This document shows, one piece after another, positions 25,101 through 37,986 of a DNA stretch of 61,919 nucleotides. Under the pieces are notes generated by a model, which worked only from the letters and a program-made list of their open reading frames with translations, had not been told where the DNA came from and ran no database searches. The DNA is taken from positions 170,993-232,911 of the forward strand of contig NW_019218173.1 of assembly GCF_002571385.2 (NCBI RefSeq), in the 5' to 3' direction. A program made the position numbers and the translations under genes. Numbering within the stretch: position 1 is the first letter of the stretch; the number at the start of each line of letters is the position of its first letter. Origin of the DNA: Stylophora pistillata. Taxonomy: Eukaryota.

Positions 25101-28100
25101 CCATAACAATTACAAAAGCTGACGTTTCAAGCGTTGTTGATATATCCAAATTATTTCGTTACCTCCAGCGACGCAGCCCCAAACAGTTTCTTTAGAAACT
25201 ATTAGCCTTTATTCTATTGGTAGATCAGTCTGGCACCACCACAGGATTACAATGAAACAAATAAACAAGTGACAAGCCACCGTAACAATTACAAAAGCTG
25301 ATGTTTCGAGCGTTGTTGATATATCCAAATTATTACGTTACCGCCAGCGACGCAGCTATAAACAGTTTCTTTAGAAACTATCAGCTTTTATTCTATTGGT
25401 AGATCAGTCTGGCACCACCACAGGATTACAATGAAACAAATAAACAAGTGACAAGCACATGACTGTACTCTGTATTAACAGAGCTATATGTATAACAAAA
25501 TGCCACCATGAATGCAGATTTTTGGTAATCAAAGTACTTGAATACTTACAAGAGAATCAAAACCCAAATCAATTGAAACATATTATGATGACTTTGATTG
25601 GGATCAATCTGTTCTTTGCATCGGACATCTGGTCATTTAATTTGCTATGTACCTTGAAACTTATTGTGATGAAATTGTAAATTTTAACGAAAAATTATAC
25701 AGTATTTCCAGAAATCTTTAATATTGTTTTTCATTCAAAGCTTCTCCTTCAACCCTAATCTTTTTAAAAGATTTTTTAAAATTTCTTTTTAAGTCTTTTT
25801 TTTTTTCTTTTTGTCGTTGTTGTTGTTGTTACAACAGGAAGCAGGGCGATGGGTTATTTCTGAAAACTTGTGAAGAAGTTTCCAAACTCTACCCAAAGAT
25901 CAAGTTTGAAGGGATGATAGTAGACAACACTTGCATGCAGGTATGCCAAACAAAACAAAAAATAAAGCCATTACCAATAGAGCCTTAGGGGTGGATCAAG
26001 GGATGAAATGACCTGTGGCTTTCTGATGTAATATCCAGTATTGTGCAAAAAAAAAAAAAAAAAAAAGAAAAGCTGTTTTTTATTGGCAATATAATGCAAA
26101 AAATGGTAATTTGACACTGAAGTTTCAGGCATTAGCCCTTTTTTTGCCATAGTAGACATCATTTCCTAGTAAAAATCCTGGATCTGCCTGAGCCTCGAGA
26201 TCACGGTGAAAACTCTCTGACGTCACACTGTGTTCAGGCCTTCAGTGTTGGGTAAGGGCTATTGCACCTTTTTTAATGAATGCTACAAATATCCCTAAAT
26301 ATTTGTTTCTGTAATTTAACCTTCAGCTTGTAGCCAAGCCAGGCCAGTTTGATGTGATGGTACTGCCAAACTTGTATGGCAGTATTGTGGACAATGTTGG
26401 GGCAGCATTGGTGGGTGGGGCAGGTGTTGTGCCTGGAAAAAGTCTTGGAAGTAACTTTGCCATTTTTGAGCCTGTGAGTATTTCTTGCAGTTAACTGCTC
26501 TTGCTTAAAATGTTTCCAAAAAAAAATGTCTTGAGGTCTAAAAAAAAACAAACTAAACCATGTTTTGTTAAAAATAAAATTATATCTTTATATCTGTTTC
26601 AATGTTTCAACAGATGATATCCCCAGATCTTGTGTAAGTTGTGTACTAGTTTTTTTCAATGCCCCAACTAAGCAAAGAAAATATGAGAAATGGCCAAAAT
26701 TTCTGAATGCATTTTAAGGCTAACCATTAAATATGGGATTTAGTTTCCCTATGCTCCATTTTTGTTAGCTAATATTTAGCCATGGTTTGATGCTACTTTG
26801 GTTTAAAGATTTAATTAATGTAACCAGGAAAATTACAGTTCATTGACCCAATGTTTTGACATTCATTAAGTCTTTAAACCAGAGTAGCATCAAACCATGT
26901 CTGATTGTCCACCTGGTTGCTGTGTGAACTTTAATATATCTTAGTTTATATTTGTTGTAAACTGGTCAAACAGGTCAAACAGGAACAACACAGTGTATCA
27001 CAGTCAAAAATACTGTACCAATACAACATTATAAATAGAGTGGTATGAAATCTTAATTGATATTTATAATTTACAGGGAGAAGAAAGGAAGTAATTATTT
27101 TATTTTCCACAAATATTTTTTGATAGGGAGCTCGTCATACTTATGCTGGAGTAGCAGGGAGAAATATTGCAAACCCCACTGCAATGATTTTAGCAAGCGT
27201 GGACATGCTGGATCACATGAAGTAGGTTTTTTTTTGTTCAACTGTTGGACTTTAAAAAATCTAGGAACAAAACAAGATATTATTTTTGCTTGCTGTAGTT
27301 CACCAATTCATTTGCAAGAAATCAGTTTCTGCAGGGAAGGGCCGTACTGAGAGAATATCAGCCCGAGGTCTTGACAGTACGGACCTCGCTGCGTTTGGTC
27401 CGTACAAAAAAGACCGAGGGCTGATATTCTTCCAGTATGGTCCAGAGCAAGCTTGGTTAATAAGAGATTTATTATACGACTGAAGTTCAAAGGGACACAA
27501 GTGCCCTATCATTCGGGACCATTCGGGACAGTGCCCGGTCCAATACTTAGAGAATATCGGACCGGCAGTAGAGCATTTTGATTGGTTGATTTTAGTTTTT
27601 GGCCTTCTGACTTCTCGAGTCGTGTAATAAAGCACTATATTGAATGCAAAAAGGATCACCTCTTGTACAAGAGAATAACAGAAAATTATTTTCATTGTTG
27701 TGCTTTGCTGACAAGTCACTTCAGCCAAAATTGAATCGAAATTCAAACACAGAAATTGTTTTAATTAAACACTTGTCTCATGTCTCGTTTTTCAGTCTTA
27801 GATCCTATGCTAAAATGATCAATGATGCTTTAGAGAAGACAATTGCTGAAGGACAGGTATGATATACTTGGAAGACACACTAACACAACTTCAAAATCCG
27901 TCCAACATTTCACTTGCACAGAGCTGGTCTAGGAACATCACATGACAGGATATGCTCCAGTTAAAACTGGGAAATATCCAGTGTTACCATCCATCGAATA
28001 TTTATGCTCCCATGCAACTAGTCTTAACTTGTCACAAGGTTAAATATTCCCCTGGGGAATATGCGAGGATACACACCAAATGATATTTCCCAGTTTTCCA

Positions 28101-28275
28101 ACCTTATGTCTACAATGATGAACTTGTTTGTTTGAAATTTAATTTAAGATGCGAGAGCCACTGTTACAAAAGAGCTTAAAGATATTTCTTTTACTTTTAG
28201 TTGACAATGGACATGGGTGGCAGTGCAAGTACCTCAGACTTTGTTCAAGCCATCATTCATAATTTGTACTCTTAG
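19173..28275 (+). CDS. IDH3B: NAD-dependent isocitrate dehydrogenase subunit beta, 13 exons (19173-19232, 20634-20779, 21414-21455, 22498-22574, 23476-23539, 23981-24043, 24212-24281, 24906-25039, 25838-25940, 26327-26473, 27127-27221, 27796-27856, 28201-28275)
   Basis: [54 protein letters not shown] (beta-type), [12 protein letters not shown]; N-terminus resembles a mitochondrial presequence. Confidence 0.9.
21591..21775. mobile_element. Abundant ~200-bp MITE family (TTAACCCT...AGGGTTAA, piggyBac-like ends); this copy is interrupted by an L2 fragment
   Basis: Related copies at about 10000-10107, 15880-16015, 16590-16790, 19545-19760, 20230-20440, 29685-29900, 35590-35792, 36350-36422, 49410-49557 and 53425-53600. 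Confidence 0.6.
21776..22280 (-). mobile_element. 3' fragment of an L2/CR1-group LINE
   Basis: ORF reads [17 protein letters not shown]...[12 protein letters not shown], typical of the L2 ORF2 C-terminus; (TATG)n tail. Confidence 0.75.
23106..23422. mobile_element. Palindromic non-autonomous element (hairpin 23106-23243)
   Basis: TCTTATTAACCGAGC...GCTCAGTTAATAAGA; inverted homologues at 58530-58850 and 61352-61672; a related element at 27297-27480. Confidence 0.7.
24570..24582. other. Assembly gap (N run)
   Basis: 13 Ns. Confidence 0.99.
25059..25455. mobile_element. Penelope-derived 3' fragment with an inversion and a 13-bp TSD, later tandemly duplicated (~178 bp)
   Basis: TATTGGTAGATCA at 25046-25058 and 25215-25227; matches the Penelope termini at 32153 and 57426; units start at about 25097 and 25275. 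Confidence 0.75.
26781..26899. repeat. Inverted repeat with ~41-bp arms (small MITE or hairpin)
   Basis: CATGGTTTGATGCTACTTTGGTTTAAAGA ... TCTTTAAACCAGAGTAGCATCAAACCATG. Confidence 0.8.
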
Positions 28276-31023
28276 GAAATGTTACAAAAGGATCAATGCT
28301 ATTGCCGAAAAAAAGGATTCAATGATTTGTAAATTTTTGTTATAGTTGCAATAATTTGATGGAATTGCAATCTGGATTATTGCAGGACAATTGGGCAAAG
28401 TCACTCTGTACAAAATGTTCTTCGGAGCACCGAGTTATTATTTTTCATGAAAATACTAGTTGTCAGTTCATTTGGAGGCTTGCTGTATATATTTTTTGAT
28501 TATAACAAACACACATTTCAAGATTTAAAAATAAAGAATGCAACAAAAATTTAAGTTAATGTGTGTTACCCATTTGATTCATTGGTTTGATTTTAAGATT
28601 AAAATTTGTGTGATCCAGAGTCACTAATATTATTTGGTTCAACCCAGACTGTAACTGGAAGGGAATGGTAGAGAAACACCAGGGGGTTCCAATTCAAATG
28701 AAAAGCAACATGGAAACGACTAACAAGGGACACATTCTCCAACCATAATTAAGAAAACTTTGATCATTCTCTGACCATGATGAAAACTTTGATGGGAAAA
28801 ATTCTTAAAGATGCACCAAGCATAACTGGATATTTTTTTAAAAGCTAGAAATTTGATAGAAAGGTGGATGTGATGAGGCATGGGCTAACCTGAAATTTTT
28901 CATGTTCAGTTGATTGATATAATATTACATGTAAGGGATTATTGGATGAGGTTGCGCATGATATCATAAGTCAAGCCAAGGTCTCAGTTAGCTGACAGAG
29001 GCTAAGGCAGTAACACAGACACAAAGTTTGATAATTCATGATATCACGCCAAAACCAAATTCAACAATAGTTTTATTATACAATTTTTAAACAATCTGCA
29101 AGAAGACACTTCTCTCTGAGTTTGCAAAAGTTTGAGAACACTACATGGACAAGAGGCTTGAAAACTAGACATGATAATCCAATATCTGCTACAGATATTG
29201 GGTTAACATGTCCACTTTGACTGTATACTCTTAAGTAAGTCTAATGTATACTAATTCCTATCACCAGTAAGTCTATTTGAGGAGGTGTTCATTCCACATT
29301 GCAATCAAGAACATGATTTCTTGTAAATGATAAAGATTTGATTTCACCTTTCTGCCCTCATTTTTTTAAATTGAGGTCAACTGTTGTGAATTTTTTACAT
29401 CTACTCAATATTTTCTTGGAAACAAATTTCTTGATTCTTTTTTTAACTGGTATTTATTTGTGCAAATGTTAAAACAGTTATCAATACCAAATACACAATC
29501 AATTTACACATAGCTACAAAAAAAAAAAAATAATCAAACACATCTATGAAGAGATTGTACACTAGATATATAACAAGGGGTATTCAAACATGTATGAAAA
29601 CCCTTAAAAAAAAAGAGCAATAAATCATTTGCATCTAAAAGAACACAATGCATATACCCTGAAGCAGAGATGAGTAAAATCTCTTCACCCTTCAACTTCC
29701 AAGATCTGTTTTATTTATTCTCCCCTCTAGCTGATACACATTTTCTAGTATGTCAGTTACAAGAATTTGGTGTTTGGTAAAGACATCAATGTCTACCTCA
29801 TAAGATTGAGCATTTTAGTTACGTGTTTGCTGGATAATGTATAGCAGCTATTATGGGGGAGAAGTTATGTGTTGATCACCTCTGGGAGTTAAAGGGTTCA
29901 TAACAAGGATGATCAGAGAACATACCTTTAATCACCAAGGGTGATTACTATTATTTATCCTTCAATTGCCATATATCTCCTTGTCAATGGGATTTAGTAT
30001 TCTATATTAAGCAATACACTGCACTTTGCACTTTCCATGATTTACACTTAGTAAAATTAACTTCAGTGATAACAATGACAGTTTAATAATAACTGGACAA
30101 CTTGACAGTAATAAGCTGATGGTTAATTATTAAATTTAAAGCAACTAGAGCTGCAAAGCCTGAAGCAAAGCCTGAGAGAAATCAGACCCCTAAAGACCTG
30201 TTGTAAGCTTTGCTACTTTAGGCAAAACACCGATAAGAACCTTCTTACAGGTTGATACCAGACTAACAAGATTTCAGAGGAAGAGATACAAGAAATAACT
30301 TGCTCCTACAAACAAGCAAGCAACCAATGACAATGAAAACTTGACAATACATTCCATACGCAAGCCTGATGTTGTCACATTATGCAAGATTGTAATCACT
30401 AATAAACACAGTGTTCTCCTTTTAAGGCTGTAACTATTACAATCTACCACCCATAGTAACTCTTGTACTGCCTAAAACCACTTAGAATTCTTGAAAATTC
30501 AACAGTAAAAGGGTTGTTCTATTGGTTTGAAAAGTTATGTTAAAATGACTGACTAACTGTAACTGACTAACTTCACATTCTAAAACAATACAAGTCAACT
30601 TTTGTACAAAATTAACCTATGTTACCGTAAAGCTTACACAGAGTAGTCATGATTTATTGTCTTGATGTTTAACCTAACAACTACACAATACAGGCTGTAT
30701 TATACATATATAAATTATGGTGCTACAAAAATCACATGAGCCACAACACATCTTTTTTTCTTACAATTCTGGACCATTAAAATATACTTAGAAGTGAGAC
30801 TTTCATTGCTATCTATTGTGTTTGTGCTAATGGCACTGGTGCACTAGCCAACTTATGAGAAATGCAAAGCAATCTACCACCCTTACAATATATGGATGAA
30901 TAACATGTACACGCACTAAAGAGTGATAAATTGTATGACTGATGCTTTGAAATGAAAATTGCTTGGCTTAGTTAGTACATAAAAAGTAAATGCTAGTGTC
31001 AAGGAAAATGTATCCCTACAAAT

Positions 31024-32210
31024 TTATTTCTTTGAAACACTTGAAATATTCTTTAATGCCCATTCCAATCCTTGCTGAAAAACACAAATTAATTGACAAA
31101 TTATGATTAATTTCACTTTTGCTTGTATCCTTACCTATTAAGAAAGACTAAATTTTACAGAAGTAGGCAAAAACAAACAGCCAAACACTGTTTTGGACAA
31201 ACACACAAGATTTTTGAACAAGAGGAATGATGAATAGTATCTACTATAACAGTGGATAGCAATGAGGATGAGCTCTGATTAGCTACTCAAACTCTGAATA
31301 TCCTTTGCTATTACCTCCCACTCAACAAGTTTTGTGCTCCCTTCATTGCAGAAATAAATGAGTTTAGATCATCTTTTTCTGCCATATACGTGTAATTTCA
31401 CTGTTTTTGTACATACTTAACAACTATGCTGTACACAAGATGTTACATAAATGGACAAGAAAAGTTAAGTGAGACACTTGTGATGAAGCAAACACATTCA
31501 GTGCAAGAGAAAGAGAGCAATGCTTGTGTCAGCAGTTTTAGACCAAAGATTGGCCATAGAGATTTAGTTGATCATCAGTGTGATCTTGACTAGAATAACA
31601 TAAGTATACAAGCCCTTTACTATAATAATACAATTGAACACAAGATAAATATTTTTTTCAAGATCAAGGTATAGTATTAATTTTTATTCAGCTCATAAGT
31701 TGTTAGGTGTTACTACATACTTGTTAATACTTTAGATCTTGAATACTTATTAAATTGTTTCTACAAGAGTCATTGGGTCATACGCTATATAACAACAAGA
31801 CAAAAGCAAACGACTTTAAATGTCAGAAGAGTATACAAACCTGGATACCCTCCCCTCTTTTTGCTGAGCATGCTTGAATCTGCCATTTTCTATCTTTTAT
31901 TGTGTGAAGGCTTAATTTTTCAGATATCTGTATTAAGTAACAGTTTAAAAAAAAAAATGTGATTATTTCATAACAAAAAAGTGTTGAAATATCTTGATGG
32001 TCACCATAAATTAAACATACAATCACATAAACAGTAGGAGAGTGGTGGCTTGGTAATAAGCATGCACGCTGTACTCTGGATTGATTCATGCCAAAGCCTG
32101 GTCATCACACCTTCTTAGCTTGACCCTCTGGACATCAAGGTTTTAAAAAAGTAATAATTTGAATATATCAACAAAGTTGAAATGGTAAATTAGCCACCGT
32201 TACGATTATA

Positions 32211-32241
<31 letters not shown>

Positions 32242-34429
32242 TGGAGCGAATGGGGGAATTGTGGGTTGTGTGTGCTTTTTAAGGCAGAAAAAGGAGCTAC
32301 ATGATTGGTGGGAACATGGCAATGAGAAAAACACGAATAAATTAGTGGAATGAAAAGCGTTCGTTGATAGCTGTGGGATTTAGACTGCCGGTTTGAAAGA
32401 TGAGCTTTTGTTCAAGAGTTTTCTGGCTTTCCGTGCTACCTAAGTGTAAGGAAAGACCGCAGATTGCCATGTGTTGCTTAGAATGGTTGGGTAAATTAAA
32501 ATGTCTTGCAACTGGTTTCGATGTGTCCACTAATTTATTCGTGTTTTTCTCGTTGCCATGTTCCCACCAATCACGTAGCTCCTTTTTCTGCCTTTAAAAG
32601 CACACACAACCCACAATTCCCCTATTCGCTCCAATGAAGAGCTAACGCTCGAAACCTCAGCTTTTAAAATCGTAACGGTGGCGTATTTACCATTTCAACT
32701 TTGTTGATATATTCAAATTATTTCGTTACCCCCGACGCAGCCTTAAACAGTTTCTTTAGAAACTATCAGCCTTCATTTCAAAAAGTAAGTTTAATTAAAA
32801 ATATCAAGGTAAATGATTTCCACTGGTCAGAATCACCTTTAAAAATATAATTATAAGAATAATTGCTATCTGACGATTTTGGAGGAGTATTTGATGCATT
32901 CCGTAGGGTATAACTCCATACCAAAGGATGTTTGTGTTATATAATTCAAATAATGTGACATTAACACGCTGCACAACATAGTAGTGGTATTGGGTACTAT
33001 TTTATCATAAGAAGGACTCCATAATTTTATTGATATTTCTGAAGAAAATATACATGGAAGGAAAGATGTTCAGTCTCTGATATCCTTGAGTGGGTAATCA
33101 TTATCAGAGACTAAATCAATGTAGTTTCCATTGAAATAATTGATAACTTGTTTTTAATTAAGATTTTTAACACCTAAGGGATCATTCTGCAGTGTTAACT
33201 TTTCCTTTAAGAAATATGACCACTGCTCATTATTGCACAGTTAACTACTGGTTACCTCATCAGGAGGTTGAGCCCCCAAAAGATCCTGTTTATTTGCAAA
33301 AACAAGCATAGGTACACCAGATAGTTTCTCCTCAGACAACAGCTCTTCTAGTTCCTACAGAAAAAATACTCTAAAAATGTACCAGCTACAAAAATAACCA
33401 TAAAAATTAACTTTATCATCAAATTCGGTAACTACTGTCAAACAGGAAGTACCGCAACTTCCTAAATAACTTTCAAAACTTCAAACTGTCACTAACATTA
33501 AACATTACCAGCATTTGGTCAAATAACTGAGTATTACCAATGTCTAAGAGTGTTGCATAACAGAATTTTCATACTATTTATAATTTAAAGGGTGGTAATA
33601 AAGAGTATACAATACTTACGATACCATTTTCTTCTATTCTCTTTCGATCTCCGCTATCTATAACATAAACCTAAAGGGAAACGGATCGCAGGTTTACTGG
33701 ATAGCACAATACGTGGGTATAAAAACAAGCACTGGAAGTTATTTAAGCAAACAAATTCACTGGAACTATCTCAGAAAGATAGGACTGAAGTGCCAAATTC
33801 TGAATTTATCACTAGTGAGTTTGATGAATTGTCTAATGAACCTCAATCAACACCTACCAGAACATCAACATGTTCGTAATAATTTTTCCAATACGGACGA
33901 ATGGCTCTTTGACCTAATAAAAGAAGACAAATCAAATAAAACCTATCATTTGAGCCGATAGTTCTCCAACATCAAAATAATCGAGTATAAGAATACTCTC
34001 AAATGGGTTGGATTACTCAACAGAACAGATTGTTTGAAAACATAATTTTTTGCACGAAAATTATAACAGAAAAGCTGCGCTCACCTCCTATATCCCAGAC
34101 GTTTAACTTAAAACCTTGGGCTTGGACACTTTTGATATTAAATCCCTGAGGAGGAAAAACATTTATTTAGGGCAATATTCCTCGCCTTTATCGTCGAAAC
34201 AAAAGCACATAACATACCTGCGTTGGGGTGATCTGAGTTATTTCTTCATGAGAAAGCTGTTTCAAAATCGTAGTTTTCCCGGCATTGTCCAAGCCAAGGA
34301 AAAGAATCCTCAATTCCTTATTTGCATTTGACTTTAGACTTCGCAGAAGCGATAGCAAACCCTGAAAAAATTATTGTTAGCTTCATAGCTCCAAGTATGG
34401 AACAATTTTGAGAACCATTCACTTACCAT
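31024..34429 (-). CDS. ARL3: ADP-ribosylation factor-like GTPase 3, 8 coding exons (34429-34427, 34361-34218, 34145-34085, 33913-33858, 33670-33620, 33354-33256, 31927-31841, 31074-31024)
   Basis: [54 protein letters not shown]; first coding exon is ATG only. Confidence 0.9.
32153..32778 (-). mobile_element. Penelope-like retroelement 3' fragment (GIY-YIG C-terminus) with inverted pLTR copies
   Basis: [14 protein letters not shown]...[20 protein letters not shown]; ~195-bp inverted arms 32153-32348 and 32526-32723; probable TSD AAAAAGTAA. Confidence 0.85.
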
Positions 34430-34616
34430 TTTGCGTGAAGATCACGAAAGTTGCCCACAACGCACCGAGTATTGTGTAGCAACTAAATTGATACTAAGCG
34501 TGACGTCACGGGATGAAGATCGTCTAACAAAAAAACTGGGTACTAACCGAAAATGCAGCGGTCAAACCAAGGTTCATAACCTTTGTTATGTAAAACGCAC
34601 AGCAGTGAGCCACAGA
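34430..34616. promoter_or_regulatory. Bidirectional promoter ARL3/AhpD-like gene with a CRE palindrome
   Basis: Divergent ATGs 187 nt apart; CGTGACGTCACG at 34499-34510; RFX-like half sites GTTGCC and TAGCAAC. Confidence 0.65.
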
Positions 34617-37317
34617 ATGGCGTTTCGCGCTATGAGAATAGGTCTGATCCGCATGGGGTATCTAAATTCGCCTCCTCTGCTACGGGGAAAATCGATGGCT
34701 CAAAAATTTGTCGCTGTAGTGGGGAATAGGAACATGAGCCAGGAAATTCCGATCAGCCGCTTCCCTGTTCCAAATATTGACACGTTACCCAAAGACATAC
34801 AGGAGAGAATGAAAGAGGTCGAAGAGAAGGTAGGTAAAGTGACCAAGGTTCCTAGCTCGTGTAGAGATAAAAATGCTGTAAACGAAAAGTTCAAGCCTAA
34901 CATGGCGGAAGAACACGGCGCGTTTCTTGATAAAAGAAAACTATGGCGAAACAATGGATTAGCTTTGGGACATTACGATTTTTCTTTTAGAATAGTAAGG
35001 TGTGGTTGATGGTAATAGTAAGGTGTGGTTGTGGTTGATGGTCTCATCAAGTTCCGAAAATTGCCCACCATCACGGCCACTTGGCCAGAAATGCAGGTGT
35101 AAGTATATATTATTGACTTCCTTGGAGGACGGTGTGAGTGCAGGTTTGAAAAGGCAAAGAAGAGTTATGGTTGAGGTCAGAGTTCACAATATTTCCAGCC
35201 TTCATACACCTGCTCCATTTTTCATTATACTTGGTTTGGCTTCCTCAACAAAACCAAAAGTAGAGGGGAAGCCATTAAAAACCCTTTCACTCCCAAAGCA
35301 ACATGGCCTCATGGTTAGTGCACTCAACTCTGGATCAAGTGCTCCAGGTTCAAGCCCTGGCCATGAACATTGTGTTGTGCTCTTGGGTAAGACACTTTAC
35401 TTTCACAGGGCCTCTCTTCACCCAGGTGGTTAAAAGGTTGCTGGCAAATCTAATGCTGGTGGTAACCCTGCGATGCACTTGCATCCCATTCAGGGAAAAA
35501 AAGCTGAAATACTCTTAGTCTCTTAATGCTAGGGAAACCAGAGTTAAGCGCTGGCCTAGTGGAACACTTGGCTCATAAACAGACTTTACCTTAACCTCCC
35601 AGGGGTGACCTGGAACTTATTTCTCCTTACAGTAACAATACACTATCAAGCAGGTAGGTGATGAGAAAAGAGAAAAATAACATCAACAAGGGGATTATTA
35701 TTTTAAATAACAACAATTTCTCAGAAGCAATGTTATGGTAATTATAGGGCAGACAGTAAGGAAATTACTATAATTCTTGGAGTAAAGGGCTAAACCAAAT
35801 ATGATAAGGAGTGCTTTTTGTAACTACCAGCAACCTAAAAAGCAGTTCTAATGACAAGGTGATCACATAGGAACACATACAAGAATTTCTGTTGGGTTCC
35901 AAACCTACTTCTCCAGCAACCTATGCTCTTATAGTTAATATTTACCACTGTCATTAAACAAGGTTAGCACCATAAGGTCCTTCACTCTCAAGGTAAAATT
36001 TTCTTTGAGAATTAGGCATGGAAACAAGCTGTTGAGATAATTTCAGGCATGTGTGTTACCAGACATGAAACTGAACAATTCGCATTTCTTTACTTTCCAG
36101 GGTGGTTTTTTACCAAATGTTTTCAAAGTTCTTGCTCATCGACCAGATGAATTCCGAGCTTTTTTCGTGTATTATGATGCTTTGATGCTAAGAGAGGGGA
36201 ACCTTACCAAAGCAGAGAAAGAGTTGGTTGTAGTTGCAACAAGTTCAGCAAACAGCTGTTTGTATTGTATTGTGGCTCATGGTGCACTGTTGAGAATCTA
36301 CTCAAAAAATCCATTGCTAGGAGATCAGGTAAAAATCTGTAAACATTTCAACCTTTCAACTCCCAGAAGTGATTAACATGTAGCTTCTCCCTATAATATC
36401 CATACTTTATCCAGCAAACAACTAAATGCCTCCTGGTTAGCTCAATTGGTAGAGCGCTGGACTGTTGTGCGGGAGGTCAAGGGTTCAAGCCCTGGCTGGA
36501 CCAACACTTAGGGTCTTAAAATAACTGAGGAGAATCTGCTAGCTTTCTATAATATCAAGAAATGGATAGATATTCTTGTCTTCTTGGGTAAGGACGAATA
36601 AACCATAGGCCCTGTCTCCTGCAGGGTTAGGGGTAGGAGACCCTAATTTCCCATGCATGAGATCAGTGTGTGGTGGATGTCCTCCCCTGGGGTGGGGTGG
36701 GTGGCCTTTACTGGGCCCACAGTAATTGGTGCAAGCTGTTGCAGTGTCCCTGCCTGTCAGTGAATCTGATAAATTAAATTTAATTTAATGACAATACTCA
36801 AGCTTATCAGGTACACTGTAGAAGTTCTTGCCTTGATCTAACATCATATCTTCATGGCTCTGCCTTGAGGAATATTTAAGGATTGTAGCGAAGAAGTTTG
36901 CCAGGGGTCTGGCGCAAATAAAATGACTCAATATTTGTGTCAGACCCTCAAAGGCTTGTGCTCCTCAAGGACTCGTACTTTCTTGTGAGAACCTGGAGCA
37001 GGCATTGACAATAGTTTTTTTATGTTTACTTATCTTTTTATTTATGGTTCTTGTAGGTAACAGCCAATTGGCACTGTGCTGACCTCACAGAAAGAGAAAA
37101 GGCTATAATTCAGTTTGCAATGCGTGTTTGTAGATCAGAAACAATAGAAGATGAACACATAGCAGCTCTTGAAAAACATGGCTTGAACACTGAAGATGTT
37201 TGGGATGTTGGTGCTATTGCTGGACTCTTTGCATTATCAAATAGAATGGCTCATTTAACCAACATGCAACCAAATGAAGAGTTTTATTCATTGGGTAGGG
37301 CAAAGAGAGATAAGTAG
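34617..37317 (+). CDS. AhpD/carboxymuconolactone decarboxylase-family 'peroxidase-related enzyme', 3 exons (34617-34829, 36101-36328, 37057-37317), 233 aa, likely mitochondrial
   Basis: GFLPNVF, LTKAEKELVVVATSSANSCLYCIVAHG (E-x11-CxxC-x3-H AhpD motif), SNRMAH...PNEEFY; phase-0 introns; Arg-rich, acid-free N-terminus. Confidence 0.85.
35300..35592 (+). mobile_element. tRNA-derived CORE-type SINE
   Basis: TGGCCTCATGGTTAG...GGTTCAAGCCC followed by TGTGCTCTTGGGTAAGACACTT...CCTCTCT; CTTTAC tail. Confidence 0.7.
36427..36788 (+). mobile_element. tRNA-derived SINE (Nin/Deu-like core) inserted into a MITE
   Basis: TAGCTCAATTGGTAGAGC and GGTTCAAGCCC boxes; GGTCTTAAAATAACTGAGGAG core; AT-rich tail; MITE halves on each side. 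Confidence 0.7.
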
Positions 37318-37986
37318 AAATGTCTTCTGTGAATATTGCAATACTATGGGGAGGATTTTTTAATGTTGATTAGGTTTCTCTCCAGAGAACCAAGGAAAGA
37401 TTTGTGCCTGTGTTTCAACTGTAAGGGATGCTGAAGGTTATAAAAAGTGAGTAAAAAGGTATTGATATGGGAAGTTTTAAGTGGGTGTGTAGGTCTTTTT
37501 AACTTTGTGGAGGGGCTATGGCCTTGAGTTATTCAAAAGGTTTTCATTTATCATTTGTGCATTCTCAATATGAAAACAAAAGGATCTGGCAAGCCTTGCT
37601 TATGTTAGTTGATGGTGTTATCCAGCATGAAGCAGTGTACAGTAGCATTACTCCTTCTAGATGGGGTGAATGATGAATTAGCCTTGCGATACATATGGTG
37701 GCCCTGAAGGGTCACACATGCAAATTAAAAATGTTGCCGCAAACTAAAAATATTACCTGCAAATTAAAAATAGTGCTGCAAATTAAAAATTTTACATGCA
37801 AACTAAAAATATTACCTGCAAATTAAATATAGTACATGCAAATGTAAAATGGCCCAGAAGGGTCACACGTGCAAATAATTAAAAATGTTGCTGCAAACTA
37901 AAAATACAACCAGCAAATTAAGAATGAAAAGTTGTGCGTGCGCATTGGCATCCATAAGATATTGGAGAGAGCGCTACTATGTTGCA

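Noticed and set aside
26110-26150. Hammerhead-like AAGGGCTAATGCCTGAAACTTCAG on the minus strand
   Set aside because: The catalytic CUGANGA box is replaced by an A-run; a decayed remnant at best.
34431-35009. 192-aa ORF
   Set aside because: It is AhpD-like exon 1 extended into promoter and intron sequence, with a non-ATG start.
34617-37317. Bacterial contamination as the source of the AhpD-like gene
   Set aside because: It has GT-AG introns containing host SINEs and shares a promoter region with ARL3.
37718-37920. CRISPR-like short repeats
   Set aside because: Units of about 21 bp are contiguous with no unique spacers; eukaryotic context; they are transposon subterminal repeats.
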